The notes: generated from the letters alone by a model not told the origin. 64,000 bases of DNA from Saccharofermentanales bacterium (GCA_038326615.1 JBBQKF010000004.1:2589-66588); one strand, 5' to 3'; counted from the stretch's first letter, positions 36,749 to 47,547 are shown. Program-made: numbers and translations.

Positions 36749-37117
36749 TTAAAACTTAAGTCCGGCTTCTCTTGCCGCTTCTGCCAAAGACAGTACGCGA
36801 CCATGGTAAATATATCCGCCTCTGTCAAATACTACGTTTTCTATTCCTTTTTCCAGTGCACGTTCTGCAACTAGCTTTCCAACTTCTTTTGCTGCATCGA
36901 TGTTTCCACCGAAGTTGCCTTTATCTTTGATAGCGCTATCGAGTGTTGACGCTGATGCTAATGTCATAGCTGATTCATCATCGATTATCTGGGCATAAAT
37001 GTTAGAAAGGCTCCTGAAAACACAAAGTCTAGGACGAAGTGCTGTTCCGCTAATCTTCGCACGAACTCTTATATGCTTTCTCTTGCGAACTTCATTTCTG
37101 CAAGTTTTGCTTATCAT
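36749..37117 (-). CDS. rplR: 50S ribosomal protein L18
   Basis: 122 aa with canonical sequence. Confidence 0.97.
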   Translation of the reverse strand: MISKTCRNEVRKRKHIRVRAKISGTALRPRLCVFRSLSNIYAQIIDDESAMTLASASTLDSAIKDKGNFGGNIDAAKEVGKLVAERALEKGIENVVFDRGGYIYHGRVLSLAEAAREAGLKF

Positions 37118-37137
37118 GTTAATTCACCCTTTCTTTC

Positions 37138-37683
37138 TTATTTACCCTTCGCACCAGTCTTGCCCTCTTTGAGCTTCAAGACTTCGAAGTCGTATTTTAT
37201 ACCCTTGCCTTTATATGCATCAGGTGTTCTGTAAGATCTGATTTTTGCTGCTATTTCACCTACGAGTTGCTTGTCTGCTCCAACAACAATTATTTTGTTT
37301 GGTGCTGGTACTTCAATTGTAATCCCATCAGGTTCAACTACTTCAATTGTGTGTGAATAACCTAAGCTAAGTGTAACAACTTTGCCTTGTTTAATAGCCT
37401 TGAATCCAATTCCTTGAATATCAAGTGATTTCTTAAATCCTGTAGATACACCTTCAACCATGTTGCTTACAAGGGATCTTGTAAGACCATGCAAAGCTTT
37501 GTGTTTCTTTTCGTCTGACGGTCTTTCAACTGTAATCTGTTTTTCGCCAACATTAACAACCATCTCGCTATGCACGATCATTGTCAGTGTGGCTTTAGGT
37601 CCTTTGACAGTGATAGTACTGCCGTCTTTTTTTACTTCGACGTCAGCTGGTATGTCGATTGGTTTTTTCCCTATTCTTGACAT
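37138..37683 (-). CDS. rplF: 50S ribosomal protein L6
   Basis: 181 aa starting MSRIGKKPI. Confidence 0.97.
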   Translation of the reverse strand: MSRIGKKPIDIPADVEVKKDGSTITVKGPKATLTMIVHSEMVVNVGEKQITVERPSDEKKHKALHGLTRSLVSNMVEGVSTGFKKSLDIQGIGFKAIKQGKVVTLSLGYSHTIEVVEPDGITIEVPAPNKIIVVGADKQLVGEIAAKIRSYRTPDAYKGKGIKYDFEVLKLKEGKTGAKGK

Positions 37684-37753
37684 GTTTTTCCTCCTGCTCT
37701 TAATATTGTGAGAGGTTTCTTAATTGAAGAAACCCTCTTTTCAGAGATATTTA

Positions 37754-38149
37754 TTACCAGACGTAAGCTAAAACTTCGCCGCCAACACCAATCTGACGAG
37801 CATTCTTGTCTGTCATTATGCCTTGTGAAGTAGAAATAACGGCAATGCCGATTCCACCAAGCACTTTAGGCAATTTGTCAGAGTTTGCATACACTCTCAA
37901 ACCTGGTTTTGAAATTCTTTTTATTCCTGTAATAACTGATTTTTTAGCTGCATACTTCAAGGTAATTTTTATTACCCCTTGTTTATTGTCTTGTGTAGTA
38001 TCAAACTTTGAAATGTACCCTTCATCCAAAAGAATCTGAGCGATTGCTTTCTTCACATTTGAAGCAGGTACATCAACAGTCGCGTGATTTGTTGAAGCTG
38101 CATTGCGGATTCTTGTTAGCATATCTGCTATAGCATCTGTAATTTGCAT
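37754..38149 (-). CDS. rpsH: 30S ribosomal protein S8
   Basis: 131 aa with canonical sequence. Confidence 0.97.
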   Translation of the reverse strand: MQITDAIADMLTRIRNAASTNHATVDVPASNVKKAIAQILLDEGYISKFDTTQDNKQGVIKITLKYAAKKSVITGIKRISKPGLRVYANSDKLPKVLGGIGIAVISTSQGIMTDKNARQIGVGGEVLAYVW

Positions 38150-38176
38150 TTGACATCCTCCTTCCTGGTGTTCCCC

Positions 38177-38362
38177 TTACCAACTGGCTTTGCGAACACC
38201 GGGGATTTGACCCTTGTAAGCGAGCTCTCTAAAACACACACGGCAAACTCCGTACTTACGCATATAAGCATGAGGTCTTCCACAAAGCTTACAACGATTG
38301 TATGCTTGAGTGCTGAACTTAGGGTCCTTTTGCTGTTTGAGAATCATCGACTTTTTAGCCAT
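38177..38362 (-). CDS. rpsN: 30S ribosomal protein S14, type Z (zinc form)
   Basis: 61 aa with CKLCGR...CRVC. Confidence 0.96.
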   Translation of the reverse strand: MAKKSMILKQQKDPKFSTQAYNRCKLCGRPHAYMRKYGVCRVCFRELAYKGQIPGVRKASW

Positions 38363-38378
38363 TTCCCATTCCTCCCGA

Positions 38379-38918
38379 TTACTTGCTGAACGGCATACCG
38401 AACAGTCTTAGAAGCTCACGAGCCTCTTCGTCGTTCTGTGCCGTTGTTACAATGATGATATCCATTCCACGAATTTTGTCTACTTTTTCATAGTCTATTT
38501 CAGGGAATATTAGCTGTTCTTTGACACCCATTGCATAATTGCCACGTCCGTCAAATGAATTAGGATTAATTCCACGAAAGTCTCTTACACGAGGAAGAGA
38601 AACACTTATAAGTTTATCGAAAAACTCATACATTTTTTCTCCACGGAGAGTAACTTTGCAGCCAATGTTCATTCCTTCTCTGAGTTTAAAAGCGGATACT
38701 GACTTCTTTGCTTTCGTTATAACGGCATGTTGTCCTGCAATAATACTCATATCGTTAGCTGCATTATCTACAGCTTTAGGATTATCTTTAACCTCGCCAA
38801 CGCCCATGTTGAGAACAATTTTCTCTAGTCTAGGAGTCTGCATGTTTGATTTGTATTTGAAGGTTTCTGCCATTGCCGGAGCAATTTCATTCTTGTACTT
38901 GTCTTTTAGTCTTGACAT
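38379..38918 (-). CDS. rplE: 50S ribosomal protein L5
   Basis: 179 aa with canonical sequence. Confidence 0.97.
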   Translation of the reverse strand: MSRLKDKYKNEIAPAMAETFKYKSNMQTPRLEKIVLNMGVGEVKDNPKAVDNAANDMSIIAGQHAVITKAKKSVSAFKLREGMNIGCKVTLRGEKMYEFFDKLISVSLPRVRDFRGINPNSFDGRGNYAMGVKEQLIFPEIDYEKVDKIRGMDIIIVTTAQNDEEARELLRLFGMPFSK

Positions 38919-38941
38919 TTTTTCTTACCTCCTTACTATCG

Positions 38942-39283
38942 TCACTTTGCCTTGCTAACTGTATCGATTATCTCGTCACATGCTTTGCATACACGAACTT
39001 TTTCTCCACTTGCAAGTATTTTGCGACCAATTTTAGTAGGACGCTTGCATTTCTCGCACACCAGCATAACGTTTGAACTGCTGATAGGTGATTCCTGATG
39101 GACGATTCCACCTTGTTGACTTCTGCCCTTTGGTTTCTGATGTTTTACACTCATGTTTACGCCTTCAACGATCACGGTGCTCTTATCGGAGTTTACCTTG
39201 AGCACTTTGCCGCTCTTGCCAGAATCTTTTCCTGTCAGAACGAATACATTATCATCTTTTTTAACATGTATTTTATTCGCCAT
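38942..39283 (-). CDS. rplX: 50S ribosomal protein L24 (with a C-terminal Cys4 motif)
   Basis: 113 aa with a KOW domain and CEKC...CKAC. Confidence 0.96.
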   Translation of the reverse strand: MANKIHVKKDDNVFVLTGKDSGKSGKVLKVNSDKSTVIVEGVNMSVKHQKPKGRSQQGGIVHQESPISSSNVMLVCEKCKRPTKIGRKILASGEKVRVCKACDEIIDTVSKAK

Positions 39284-39297
39284 TGCTCTTCTCCTCC

Positions 39298-39666
39298 TTA
39301 CAACACTTCAGGTGCCAAAGATAAAATCTTCATGTAGTCTTTATCTCTGAGCTCTCTTGCGATAGGCCCAAAAATACGGGTTCCACGCGGATTCTTATCA
39401 TCTTTAATAATTACTGCTGCATTTTCGTCAAATTTAATGTAGGAACCATCATTACGACGTACTCCTCTTTTTGAACGAACAATAACAGCTTTTACAACTT
39501 CTCCCTTTTTTACAAGGCCACCGGGTGTTGCTTCTTTAACTGAACATACTATTACATCACCAATGTTTCCATATTTGCGCCATGAACCGCCGAGTACCTT
39601 AATGCAAAACAATTCTTTTGCACCGGTGTTATCTGCGGACTTGAGGCGTGTTTGTACTTGTATCAT
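39298..39666 (-). CDS. rplN: 50S ribosomal protein L14
   Basis: 122 aa starting MIQVQTRL. Confidence 0.97.
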   Translation of the reverse strand: MIQVQTRLKSADNTGAKELFCIKVLGGSWRKYGNIGDVIVCSVKEATPGGLVKKGEVVKAVIVRSKRGVRRNDGSYIKFDENAAVIIKDDKNPRGTRIFGPIARELRDKDYMKILSLAPEVL

Positions 39667-39702
39667 ATTGAACTTCCTCCTTCCCGATTAAACACTCTTT
39701 GG

Positions 39703-39960
39703 TTATTTCGCTTTTTCAACGATTTCTACTAATCTCCAGCGTTTGTCCTTGCTCAGAGGTCTTGTTTCCATAACCTTAACTTTGTCACCGGGTTTGCACT
39801 CATTGTTCTCATCGTGAGCTTTGAGTGTATATGTCCTCTTAACAATTTTCTTATATAATGGATCTCTTACATGTTCCACAACAGCTACTACTATTGTTTT
39901 ATCCATTTTATCACTTTTTACCAGACCTAATCTTGTTTTTCTGAGGTTCCTGTCAGTCAT
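39703..39960 (-). CDS. rpsQ: 30S ribosomal protein S17
   Basis: I moved the start to ATG 39960 (MTDRNLRKT), which follows GGAGGA. Confidence 0.95.
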   Translation of the reverse strand: MTDRNLRKTRLGLVKSDKMDKTIVVAVVEHVRDPLYKKIVKRTYTLKAHDENNECKPGDKVKVMETRPLSKDKRWRLVEIVEKAK

Positions 39961-39974
39961 TGCCGCATCCTCCA

Positions 39975-40178
39975 TCAATCTTTAATTCCCTTAAGCTCAC
40001 GCTCGCGGAGTATGGTTCTTACTCGTGCGATGTCCCTTTTAACGCTTTTTAGCTTCAATGGGTTATCGAGCTGATTTGTGGCGTGTTGGAATCTGAGCTT
40101 AAAGAGTTCCTCTTTTAGAGCAACCAATTCACTATTTAATTCTATGATTGATTTCTCACGCATTTCACTCGGCTTCAT
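39975..40178 (-). CDS. rpmC: 50S ribosomal protein L29
   Basis: 67 aa with canonical sequence. Confidence 0.96.
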   Translation of the reverse strand: MKPSEMREKSIIELNSELVALKEELFKLRFQHATNQLDNPLKLKSVKRDIARVRTILRERELKGIKD

Positions 40179-40599
40179 TTACGTCACCTGCCTTTTCACG
40201 AACAATAACCTTAGTTTTGCATGGAAGCTTATGACTTGCAAGTCGCATCGCTTCTCTTGCATCTTCTTCTGATACGCCGGAAATTTCGAAAAGAACTCTT
40301 CCGGGCTTAACAACTGCTACCCAATACTCAGGAGATCCTTTACCGGAACCCATTCTAGTTTCTGCAGGTTTAGATGAAACTGGTTTATCAGGGAAAACTT
40401 TAATCCAAACCTGTCCGCCTCTTTTGATAAATCTATTGATAGCGATACGGGCAGCTTCTATTTGATTACCTGTTAACCAGCAACATTCAGTTGCCTGAAG
40501 GCCGAAATCTCCGTAAGCAACAAAATTACCTCTTGTAGCTTTACCTGTCATTCTACCACGGTGTTGTTTTCTGTACTTTACTCTTTTTGGAAGTAACAT
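40165..40599 (-). CDS. rplP: 50S ribosomal protein L16
   Basis: 144 aa starting [11 protein letters not shown]. Confidence 0.97.
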   Translation of the reverse strand: MLLPKRVKYRKQHRGRMTGKATRGNFVAYGDFGLQATECCWLTGNQIEAARIAINRFIKRGGQVWIKVFPDKPVSSKPAETRMGSGKGSPEYWVAVVKPGRVLFEISGVSEEDAREAMRLASHKLPCKTKVIVREKAGDVNEAE

Positions 40600-41270
40600 C
40601 AGTCCTGACCTCCTTCCACATTTTGAACTTTCTTAGGAGCAGGATAAACCTCACCTTTGTAAATCCAAACCTTTACGCCGATACGTCCATATGTTGTATC
40701 TGCTTCTGCAAATCCATAATCGATATCAGCTCTGAGTGTCTGAAGTGGTATGGTTCCTTCATGATAATGTTCCCTACGTGCAATTTCAGCTCCGCCAAGA
40801 CGTCCACTAACCTGAGTTTTTATACCTTTTGCTCCAGCTTTCATTGTTCTGCTCATTGACTGTTTCATTGCACGACGGAAAGAAATTCTCTTCTCTAACT
40901 GTGCTGCAATGTTTTCAGCAACTAACTGAGCATCCATATCAGGAGTTTTAATTTCCTGGATATCAATGAATACTTGTCTTTTAAACTTAGCAGCAAGTTT
41001 CTTCTTGATGTCTTCGATTCCAGCGCCTTGTCTTCCAATAATAATACCAGGCTTAGCTGTACGTATTGTTATTGAAGTTTTCTCATCGCCTTTTCTCTCA
41101 ATTAATATACGAGAGACTCCTGCAGCAAAGCATTCTTTTTTAAGAAAATCACGGATTTTCTTGTCTTCGATAAGATACTTGCTGTAATTCTTTTTGTCGG
41201 CATACCATTTGGTGTCCCAATCTTTGATTATGCCTATTCTCAACCCATGAGGATTAATCTTCTGGCCCAT
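40599..41270 (-). CDS. rpsC: 30S ribosomal protein S3
   Basis: 223 aa starting [11 protein letters not shown]. Confidence 0.97.
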   Translation of the reverse strand: MGQKINPHGLRIGIIKDWDTKWYADKKNYSKYLIEDKKIRDFLKKECFAAGVSRILIERKGDEKTSITIRTAKPGIIIGRQGAGIEDIKKKLAAKFKRQVFIDIQEIKTPDMDAQLVAENIAAQLEKRISFRRAMKQSMSRTMKAGAKGIKTQVSGRLGGAEIARREHYHEGTIPLQTLRADIDYGFAEADTTYGRIGVKVWIYKGEVYPAPKKVQNVEGGQD

Positions 41271-41283
41271 CTACTTTGCCTCC

Positions 41284-41760
41284 TTACTTTCTTTCCTTGA
41301 GAACAATTGTAATATGGCTTGTTCTCTTTAAAATCCTGCTGGCGCTTCCGCGAGCCCTTGGCATAATTCTCTTTAGTGAAGGGCCTTGGCTTGCATAACA
41401 GTCGGCAACATAAAGAGCATCACGTGATAATTCATTGTTATTTACTGCATTTGACTCAGCTGATTTCAATAATTTTGCAAGAACCGGCGACGCCGATTTT
41501 GGTGTGTATTGAAGTATAGCGTAAGCCTCATTAATGCCTTTTCCTTTAATTGTATCAACAACAATGTTAACTTTTCTTTGGGAAATACGAACGTATTTCG
41601 CAATTGCTTTTCCTTCATCTTTACCTATTCCTAAAACCTTTTTCTCCTTTTTTGTAAGAAGCACTGGCTTTTGAAATTTCTTTGCGGTCTTGGAATATTT
41701 TGCGCGAATCTCTTCACGGTTTTCAAGCATATATTCTTTGCTCATGACCTTCTTTTCCAC
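41284..41760 (-). CDS. rplV: 50S ribosomal protein L22 (with an N-terminal extension of about 45 aa)
   Basis: The L22 core starts at about residue 50 (AIAKYVRISQRKVN...). GTG 41760 lies 8 nt after GGAGG. Confidence 0.93.
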   Translation of the reverse strand: MEKKVMSKEYMLENREEIRAKYSKTAKKFQKPVLLTKKEKKVLGIGKDEGKAIAKYVRISQRKVNIVVDTIKGKGINEAYAILQYTPKSASPVLAKLLKSAESNAVNNNELSRDALYVADCYASQGPSLKRIMPRARGSASRILKRTSHITIVLKERK

Positions 41761-41795
41761 TTCGTGTTCCTCCCTTCTATAATCGGGTTTGACTA

Positions 41796-42077
41796 TTATT
41801 TGACGGACGTGCTCTTTTCGCTACCAGAATGGCCCTTATAGGTTCTTGTAGGAGCGAATTCACCTAATTTGTGCCCGACCATTTCATCTGATATAAATAC
41901 TGGTACATGTTTGCGCCCATCGTATACGGCAATGGTATGTCCAGCCATATCAGGGAATATTGTAGAAGATCTTGACCAGGTCTTGATAACCTTTTTCTCA
42001 TTCTTCTCGTTCATTGCTTCAATCTTTTTCATAAGATGATCTGCAACATAATAACCTTTTTTTGTTGATCTACTCAT
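41796..42077 (-). CDS. rpsS: 30S ribosomal protein S19
   Basis: 93 aa with canonical sequence. Confidence 0.97.
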   Translation of the reverse strand: MSRSTKKGYYVADHLMKKIEAMNEKNEKKVIKTWSRSSTIFPDMAGHTIAVYDGRKHVPVFISDEMVGHKLGEFAPTRTYKGHSGSEKSTSVK

Positions 42078-42091
42078 AGTGCCAGCCTCCC

Positions 42092-42919
42092 TTACTTCCT
42101 TCTCTTAACAATATACTTGTTTGAAGGATTCTTACGATCTCTGGTCTTCTTACCAAGTGTAGGAACACCCCAAGGAGTGACGGGACCTGGTTTACCAATA
42201 GGAGATTTACCTTCACCACCACCGTGTGGATGATCGTTTGGATTCATAACAACACCACGGACGGTAGGACGAATGCCCTTGTGACGGTTTCTTCCTGCTT
42301 TACCGATAGTGACGTTCTCATGTTCGTGATTTCCAACAGCGCCGATAGTTGCTCTACATATTACAGGAACCATTCTAACTTCACCTGATGGTAAACGGAC
42401 TTGTGCAAATTTGCCGTCTTTAGCCATTAGCTGAGCACTTGCTCCTGCTGTACGGACCATCTGAGAGCCTTTGTTAGGTTTCATCTCGATGTTGTGAATA
42501 ATTGTACCAACAGGGATGTTCTCTATTGGAAGAGCATTTCCTGCGATAATATCCGCTGTTGCGCCACTCTCTACGAATGACCCAACTTTGACACCTTCAG
42601 GAGCAAGTATGTATTGCTTCTCTCCATCAAGGTAACAAATAAGAGCAAGGTTAGCACTTCTATTTGGGTCATATTCAATTGCTACTACTTTTGCTTTGAT
42701 TCCGTCTTTTGATCTTTTCCAGTCAATAATACGGATCTTACGTTTGTTGCCGCCGCCAATGTGACGAACGGTAATACGGCCATAGCTGTTACGGCCGCCG
42801 GATTTGCTTCTCTTTGCCAAAAGCACCTTCTCGGGCTTCTTGTCAGTTATTTCCGAAAAATCGGCAACCGACATTTGCCTTCTGGCAGGAGAAGTAGGAT
42901 TATAGCTTTTTACTGGCAT
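42092..42919 (-). CDS. rplB: 50S ribosomal protein L2
   Basis: 275 aa with canonical sequence. Confidence 0.97.
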   Translation of the reverse strand: MPVKSYNPTSPARRQMSVADFSEITDKKPEKVLLAKRSKSGGRNSYGRITVRHIGGGNKRKIRIIDWKRSKDGIKAKVVAIEYDPNRSANLALICYLDGEKQYILAPEGVKVGSFVESGATADIIAGNALPIENIPVGTIIHNIEMKPNKGSQMVRTAGASAQLMAKDGKFAQVRLPSGEVRMVPVICRATIGAVGNHEHENVTIGKAGRNRHKGIRPTVRGVVMNPNDHPHGGGEGKSPIGKPGPVTPWGVPTLGKKTRDRKNPSNKYIVKRRK

Positions 42920-42952
42920 AATATCTTCACTCCTTCTCTAAGTCGGTTGGCA

Positions 42953-43306
42953 TCAGCCACCGAATCCAAATTCCTCAATGGAACGCTTGTATTTCTTTGC
43001 TCCGGACGCTGTTTTGCCGCCCTTTGTTAAAAATACGGGTGCTTTAGGATCGGTGTCGATTGTAACGACTGCTTTCTTCCAAGATGAGGTTTTCCCTATA
43101 TGGACGCCCTGTCTCTTGGTTTTTCCGTCATAGTTTGTCGAATTGACCTTCAGTACTTTAACTCCAAATAACTTCTCAACTGCTTGGCGAACTTCTGTCT
43201 TTGTTGCACTTGTTGCTACTTCGAAAGTATATTTGCCAAGAGCTGAATCAGATGTACTTCTCTCTGTGATTATTGGTCTTATGATGATGTCCTGTGCTGT
43301 TTTCAT
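42953..43306 (-). CDS. rplW: 50S ribosomal protein L23 (with a C-terminal extension of about 20 aa)
   Basis: 117 aa. The L23 core is followed by KGGKTASGAKKYKRSIEEFGFGG. Confidence 0.95.
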   Translation of the reverse strand: MKTAQDIIIRPIITERSTSDSALGKYTFEVATSATKTEVRQAVEKLFGVKVLKVNSTNYDGKTKRQGVHIGKTSSWKKAVVTIDTDPKAPVFLTKGGKTASGAKKYKRSIEEFGFGG

Positions 43307-43929
43307 TACACATACACCTCCTGAATTTTCTCAACTGCAGCTTTTGTTACAATTAATTTCTCGAATTTGAGCAAATCGAAAACATTTATTGTATTAACAA
43401 GAGCAGTCTTTACACCAACGATATTCCTTACAGACATTTCTATGGTGCCATTCTTTTCTTCCATAACGATTAATGCTGTTTTTGATACTTTAAGATTTGA
43501 TAAAATCTTCGTCATTGCTTTAGTCTTTACTTCTTCCATATTCATTGTATCTACAACAATAAGGTTGTTATCAATCAATTTTGAAGATAGTGCGGATTTC
43601 ATTGCAAGTCTTCTTACCTTCTTCGGAACGGTGTAGCTGTAATCACGTGGTTTAGGCCCAAAAATAATTCCGCCCTTTATCCACTGAGCAGATCTAATTG
43701 ATCCCTGACGGGCACGGCCTGTTCCCTTTTGTCTGTATGGTTTTCTGCCGCCGCCTCTGACTTCACTACGCGTCTTGGTGGAATGTGTGCCTTGTCTTCT
43801 GTTTGCGAGTTGGTTAAGCACAATTATGTGCATGACATTCGCATTTGGCTCTATTCCGAAGATGGCGTCGGAAAGCTCTATGCTACCAACTACGGCGCCT
43901 TCCATGTTGTACATGTCAACTTTTGCCAT
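43306..43929 (-). CDS. rplD: 50S ribosomal protein L4
   Basis: 207 aa with canonical sequence. Confidence 0.97.
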   Translation of the reverse strand: MAKVDMYNMEGAVVGSIELSDAIFGIEPNANVMHIIVLNQLANRRQGTHSTKTRSEVRGGGRKPYRQKGTGRARQGSIRSAQWIKGGIIFGPKPRDYSYTVPKKVRRLAMKSALSSKLIDNNLIVVDTMNMEEVKTKAMTKILSNLKVSKTALIVMEEKNGTIEMSVRNIVGVKTALVNTINVFDLLKFEKLIVTKAAVEKIQEVYV

Positions 43930-43954
43930 TTTCTTGATCCTCCTTTACTCCTGG

Positions 43955-44590
43955 TTATTTACCGGACTTGACGGTTGTCTTGATTTCAAGTATTCCGCCG
44001 TTCTTAGGCCCGGGAACAGCACCCTTGAGTACGAGGATATTACGATCTCCGTCTGCCATAACGACTTCAAGGTTTTGAACTGTAACATTAACGGAACCCA
44101 TGTGTCCTGGCAATTTTTTGCCTGGAAATACTCGAGCAGGATCTGTGTTTGCTCCCATGGAACCAACACGTCTGTGATACATAGAACCGTGTGTTAATGG
44201 TCCGGTTTTCTGATTGTATCTTTTAATGACCCCTGCAAATCCTTTACCTTTTGATATACCGCTTACATCAACTTTATCACCAGGTGCGAACATATCAGAT
44301 GCTTTGATCTCCTGTCCTACGGTGAATTCTTCTGATGTCCGGAATTCTTTAAGGTATTTTTTTGGTGTGATACCAAACTTTGTGAACTGGCCTTTTGCAG
44401 GCTTGCTGAGTTTACGATCAGCAATTTCTCCAAAACCAACTTTCACTGAATCATAGCCATCTAAAGCTACTGTCTTTTTCTGGACGACAACAATTGGTCC
44501 GCATGCTATTACGGTGACGGGGATAGCAATGCCATTCTCATCAAATAGTTGAGTCATTCCAGCTTTTTTGCCAAGCATGAACTTCTCCAT
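43955..44590 (-). CDS. rplC: 50S ribosomal protein L3
   Basis: 211 aa with [11 protein letters not shown] near the N-terminus. Confidence 0.97.
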   Translation of the reverse strand: MEKFMLGKKAGMTQLFDENGIAIPVTVIACGPIVVVQKKTVALDGYDSVKVGFGEIADRKLSKPAKGQFTKFGITPKKYLKEFRTSEEFTVGQEIKASDMFAPGDKVDVSGISKGKGFAGVIKRYNQKTGPLTHGSMYHRRVGSMGANTDPARVFPGKKLPGHMGSVNVTVQNLEVVMADGDRNILVLKGAVPGPKNGGILEIKTTVKSGK

Positions 44591-44694
44591 TTTCGCCTTA
44601 CCTCCTTGGTTATTGGTTCATTCGTGTCCCGGATGAACTTGACCTGTCTGCACTACCTTGGCAAGCAATGCATCCTATCCGAAAAAGCTAATTC

Positions 44695-45006
44695 TTATAG
44701 CTTAATCTCGATGTTTACTCCAGCGGGCATATCAAGTTTCATTAATGCCTCAACTGTCTTAGGGTTTGGTGCAAGAATATCAATGAGTCTTTTGTGAGTT
44801 CTTATTTCGAACTGCTCACGTGCATCCTTGTACTTGTGTGGAGCTCTTAAGATTGTAACGATCTCTTTCTCTGTAGGAAGAGGAATTGGACCTGATACAT
44901 TTGCTCCTGTTCTCTTGGCTGTTTCCACTATACGTTCTGCACTGCTGTCAAGAATTTCGTGGTCAAAAGCTTTGAGTCTGATTCTGATTTTCTGGTTTAC
45001 TGCCAT
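44695..45006 (-). CDS. rpsJ: 30S ribosomal protein S10
   Basis: 103 aa with canonical sequence. It is the first gene of the supercluster. Confidence 0.97.
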   Translation of the reverse strand: MAVNQKIRIRLKAFDHEILDSSAERIVETAKRTGANVSGPIPLPTEKEIVTILRAPHKYKDAREQFEIRTHKRLIDILAPNPKTVEALMKLDMPAGVNIEIKL

Positions 45007-45272
45007 TTAAAACCTCCTGTTTGCTACGTTGTAAGCTTCAACCGTACCGGGCGTGTCATTCTTTCCCATTATAAAACCCAGCAACTAGTTTATACACTTT
45101 TGTTCTGGGCATATACTCGTAAAGAGCACACGCTGCGTTTTGTCTTGCTTACCGTCCTGCTTCTTGAGCAGAACTGCTCTGTCAAAGTTACCCGTTATAG
45201 TACCGCAGCGGTAGTTAACGGCAATCTCCAACATCTTCGCTTACTAAATTATACGCAACGAAAAGTCGCGCA
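45007..45272 (-). ncRNA. Long structured 5' leader of the S10 operon (candidate r-protein autoregulatory leader)
   Basis: About 265 nt lie between the predicted TSS and the rpsJ ATG, visibly richer in G/C than neighbouring intergenic DNA. The strong bipartite hairpin CCGUUA-AC-UACCG-CUG-CGGUA-CUA-UAACGG sits at 45191-45221, and there are further stems. Confidence 0.45.
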
Positions 45273-45278
45273 CGTAGT

Positions 45279-45307
45279 ATTATATTTCATGTTCAATACA
45301 AATGCAA
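45279..45307 (-). promoter_or_regulatory. Strong sigma-A-type promoter of the S10 operon
   Basis: On the minus strand: TTGCAT, a 17-nt spacer and TATAAT, preceded by an A9 tract that resembles an UP element. Confidence 0.7.
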
Positions 45308-45435
45308 GATTTTTTTTTCGAAAATGGATAGAATATTAAAATTTTACATAATGCCTATAATATTTATAAATTTATAATAGTATTTGTGTTTTTTGTTATG
45401 TTTAAAATAGCAAAACTTATATATATAAACCAAAT

Positions 45436-46536
45436 TTATTTAATGTCGCTAATAAGTGAAATTTCATAACCAGCTTTACGGATTTCATCAACCAGATACG
45501 GTAATATTGCAACATTTGTATTCGAGACTGTGTGAAGAAGATATACTGTCCCATCATGAAGATTGTCAATGACAGCTTTACGTGCTGTTGAAATTGTTGG
45601 CTGTGCATCAAGTAACCAGTCTCTATAAGCAAAACTCCAAAAAACTGTCTTATATCCCATGTCATTTGTCAATTTCATTGTTATCTCACTAAATTCACCT
45701 CTTGGTGGACGCATATAATGTGCAATCGACTTTCCTGTCAGCTCCCTATAGGCATTTTCGATTTTTGCCAGCTCATTTTTTATTGCAGCTTCTCCTTCAG
45801 TTTTATATAATGACGGCATACTTGGATGATTCCATGTATGATTCCCTATTAAATGCCCTTCGGAAGACATTCGAAGAACCAACTTTTTTAGATCATCTGT
45901 TTTAAAAAGAGCTCCAGTTATGAAAAAATTAATTTTGAAATTTTTTTGCTTTGCGATATCTAATATTTTAGATGTATTATTATTGTATTCATATCCGACA
46001 TCCATAGTAATGTAAACTTTTTTCCTCATCGAAGCATCCTGCCATATCCCATCGTAAGAATCGCACAAAGAAATTCTATGAGGTGAGGTTGTTGCCGGAA
46101 ATCCAGTTTTACCTGCTGGAGTATATGACCAGCCTTCAAGTTTATTTGAAAGTAGTTGTGCAGAATTTGATAACGATGCCGAATTGCTAAATGAAGATTT
46201 TGATGAAACCTCAGACGAAATGTCAGATGCACTATTTGAATTAATATCAGATAATAATTCAGAGGTCTCAATTTTACCAGAATTATTGCCAGAATTATTG
46301 CCAGAACCTCCACTTGTTATGGATGATAGACTGCTTGATAATTCTGTGCTCTGATTAGTGAAACTGTTAGGGTTTTGTTCCTGATTGTTTTTTAAAATAA
46401 AAATTATACCAAATATAATTATAATTGCAACAATAAGAATAGATGCAGTTGCAAAATTCTTTTTTTCAGTATTTTTTCTTCTTGCCATTTTCTTTAGATT
46501 TGACTGTACGCGATATTTGTTATTCATTCTTTTCAT
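45436..46536 (-). CDS. pdaA: Polysaccharide deacetylase, PdaA-like (delta-lactam-biosynthetic de-N-acetylase family) with an N-terminal TM anchor and a Ser-rich linker
   Basis: NodB domain with GNHTWNHPSM and LRPPRGEFSE, and a C-terminal YLLHTVS block as in PdaA. The start is uncertain; I chose ATG 46536 over TTG 46566. Confidence 0.8.
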   Translation of the reverse strand: MKRMNNKYRVQSNLKKMARRKNTEKKNFATASILIVAIIIIFGIIFILKNNQEQNPNSFTNQSTELSSSLSSITSGGSGNNSGNNSGKIETSELLSDINSNSASDISSEVSSKSSFSNSASLSNSAQLLSNKLEGWSYTPAGKTGFPATTSPHRISLCDSYDGIWQDASMRKKVYITMDVGYEYNNNTSKILDIAKQKNFKINFFITGALFKTDDLKKLVLRMSSEGHLIGNHTWNHPSMPSLYKTEGEAAIKNELAKIENAYRELTGKSIAHYMRPPRGEFSEITMKLTNDMGYKTVFWSFAYRDWLLDAQPTISTARKAVIDNLHDGTVYLLHTVSNTNVAILPYLVDEIRKAGYEISLISDIK

Positions 46537-46620
46537 ATACTTTACTTCTATTCCCTTTACTGGCAATTTTGCTAATATTGCAGATAGTGTTTTTCGATTA
46601 GCGTTATAGTAGTTAAAAAC

Positions 46621-47547
46621 TTAATTTTGCTTGCCACTTGCCTTTTGAACAAAAGTTTTTACCTGCTCTTGTTCAAAATGATATTTTTTATTACAAAAAT
46701 GACATTCTAGAGTAATGCCTTGCAAATCTTCGGATAATTCTTCTAAATCTTTAGCGCCAATTGTTAATAGATTTCTTATCATTCTCTCTTCACAGCAGTT
46801 GCAATCATACGAGCATTCAACTCGCTCAAAATATTTAATATCAGGATCACCAAAAAACAAATCCAGTATCTGTTCCGGCGTAAACCCTTCCTTGAGTAAC
46901 CATGTAATTTCAGGAAAGCCAAGTGCTCTTTGCTCAATATAGGCTGTTAGTTCTTCACTGGCACCAGGAAGCATTTGAACCATAATTCCACCTGCATGAG
47001 TCACACCTTCTTGACTCATTTTTACTCCTAGGCTTACAACAGAGGGTATTTGCTCAGAAATAAGGTAATATGCTGCTAAGTCTTCTGCAATTTCTCCTGA
47101 AAGTAGCTCGACTTGACCTATATAAGGTTCCCCTAGTCCGGAATCTCTTATAATTGTAAGATCACCTTTTCCGACTGCAGATCCAACGTCAAGTTTACCT
47201 GTGCTTAAATATTTAGTCTCAACAACTGGTTCAACAACATATCCACGAACCTTCGCTTGTGGTGTGCAAACAGCGGTCATTCCTTTAAGTGGTCCGTCAC
47301 AATGTATTGTTGCACTTATGGAACCATTCTCATTTTTTATCTCCTGTGACATCATCAATAATCCGCTGCAAAGACGACCAAGTGCTGCACTTGCAATAGG
47401 TGAAAGATTGTGAAGGGTAGTCATTTTTTTGCAGGCATTAGTAGACCTTATAGCAGTTGCGCGTACTTGATTATCAAAACTTGTAGCCCGAACTATATAA
47501 TCCTTAAAATCCCACATTGATGTCGTGCTTATAATATTCTCTTCCAT
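46621..47547 (-). CDS. hslO: Redox-regulated chaperone Hsp33
   Basis: 308 aa with the C-terminal zinc centre CSYDCNCC...CHFC. Confidence 0.93.
   Translation of the reverse strand: MEENIISTTSMWDFKDYIVRATSFDNQVRATAIRSTNACKKMTTLHNLSPIASAALGRLCSGLLMMSQEIKNENGSISATIHCDGPLKGMTAVCTPQAKVRGYVVEPVVETKYLSTGKLDVGSAVGKGDLTIIRDSGLGEPYIGQVELLSGEIAEDLAAYYLISEQIPSVVSLGVKMSQEGVTHAGGIMVQMLPGASEELTAYIEQRALGFPEITWLLKEGFTPEQILDLFFGDPDIKYFERVECSYDCNCCEERMIRNLLTIGAKDLEELSEDLQGITLECHFCNKKYHFEQEQVKTFVQKASGKQN

Noticed and set aside
36085-36759. A 224-aa plus-strand ORF.
   Set aside because: It is antisense to rpmD and rpsE, both unambiguous ribosomal protein genes. It has a Pro/Ser-rich composition typical of the antisense frame of a highly expressed gene.
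38942-39283. The Cys4 (CEKC...CKAC) motif in L24 as a novelty.
   Set aside because: Zinc-ribbon-type L24 variants are already known, for example the Thermus thermophilus L24 with CPAC...CAKC at the equivalent position. This is an ordinary Cys-containing (zinc-binding) form of the protein.
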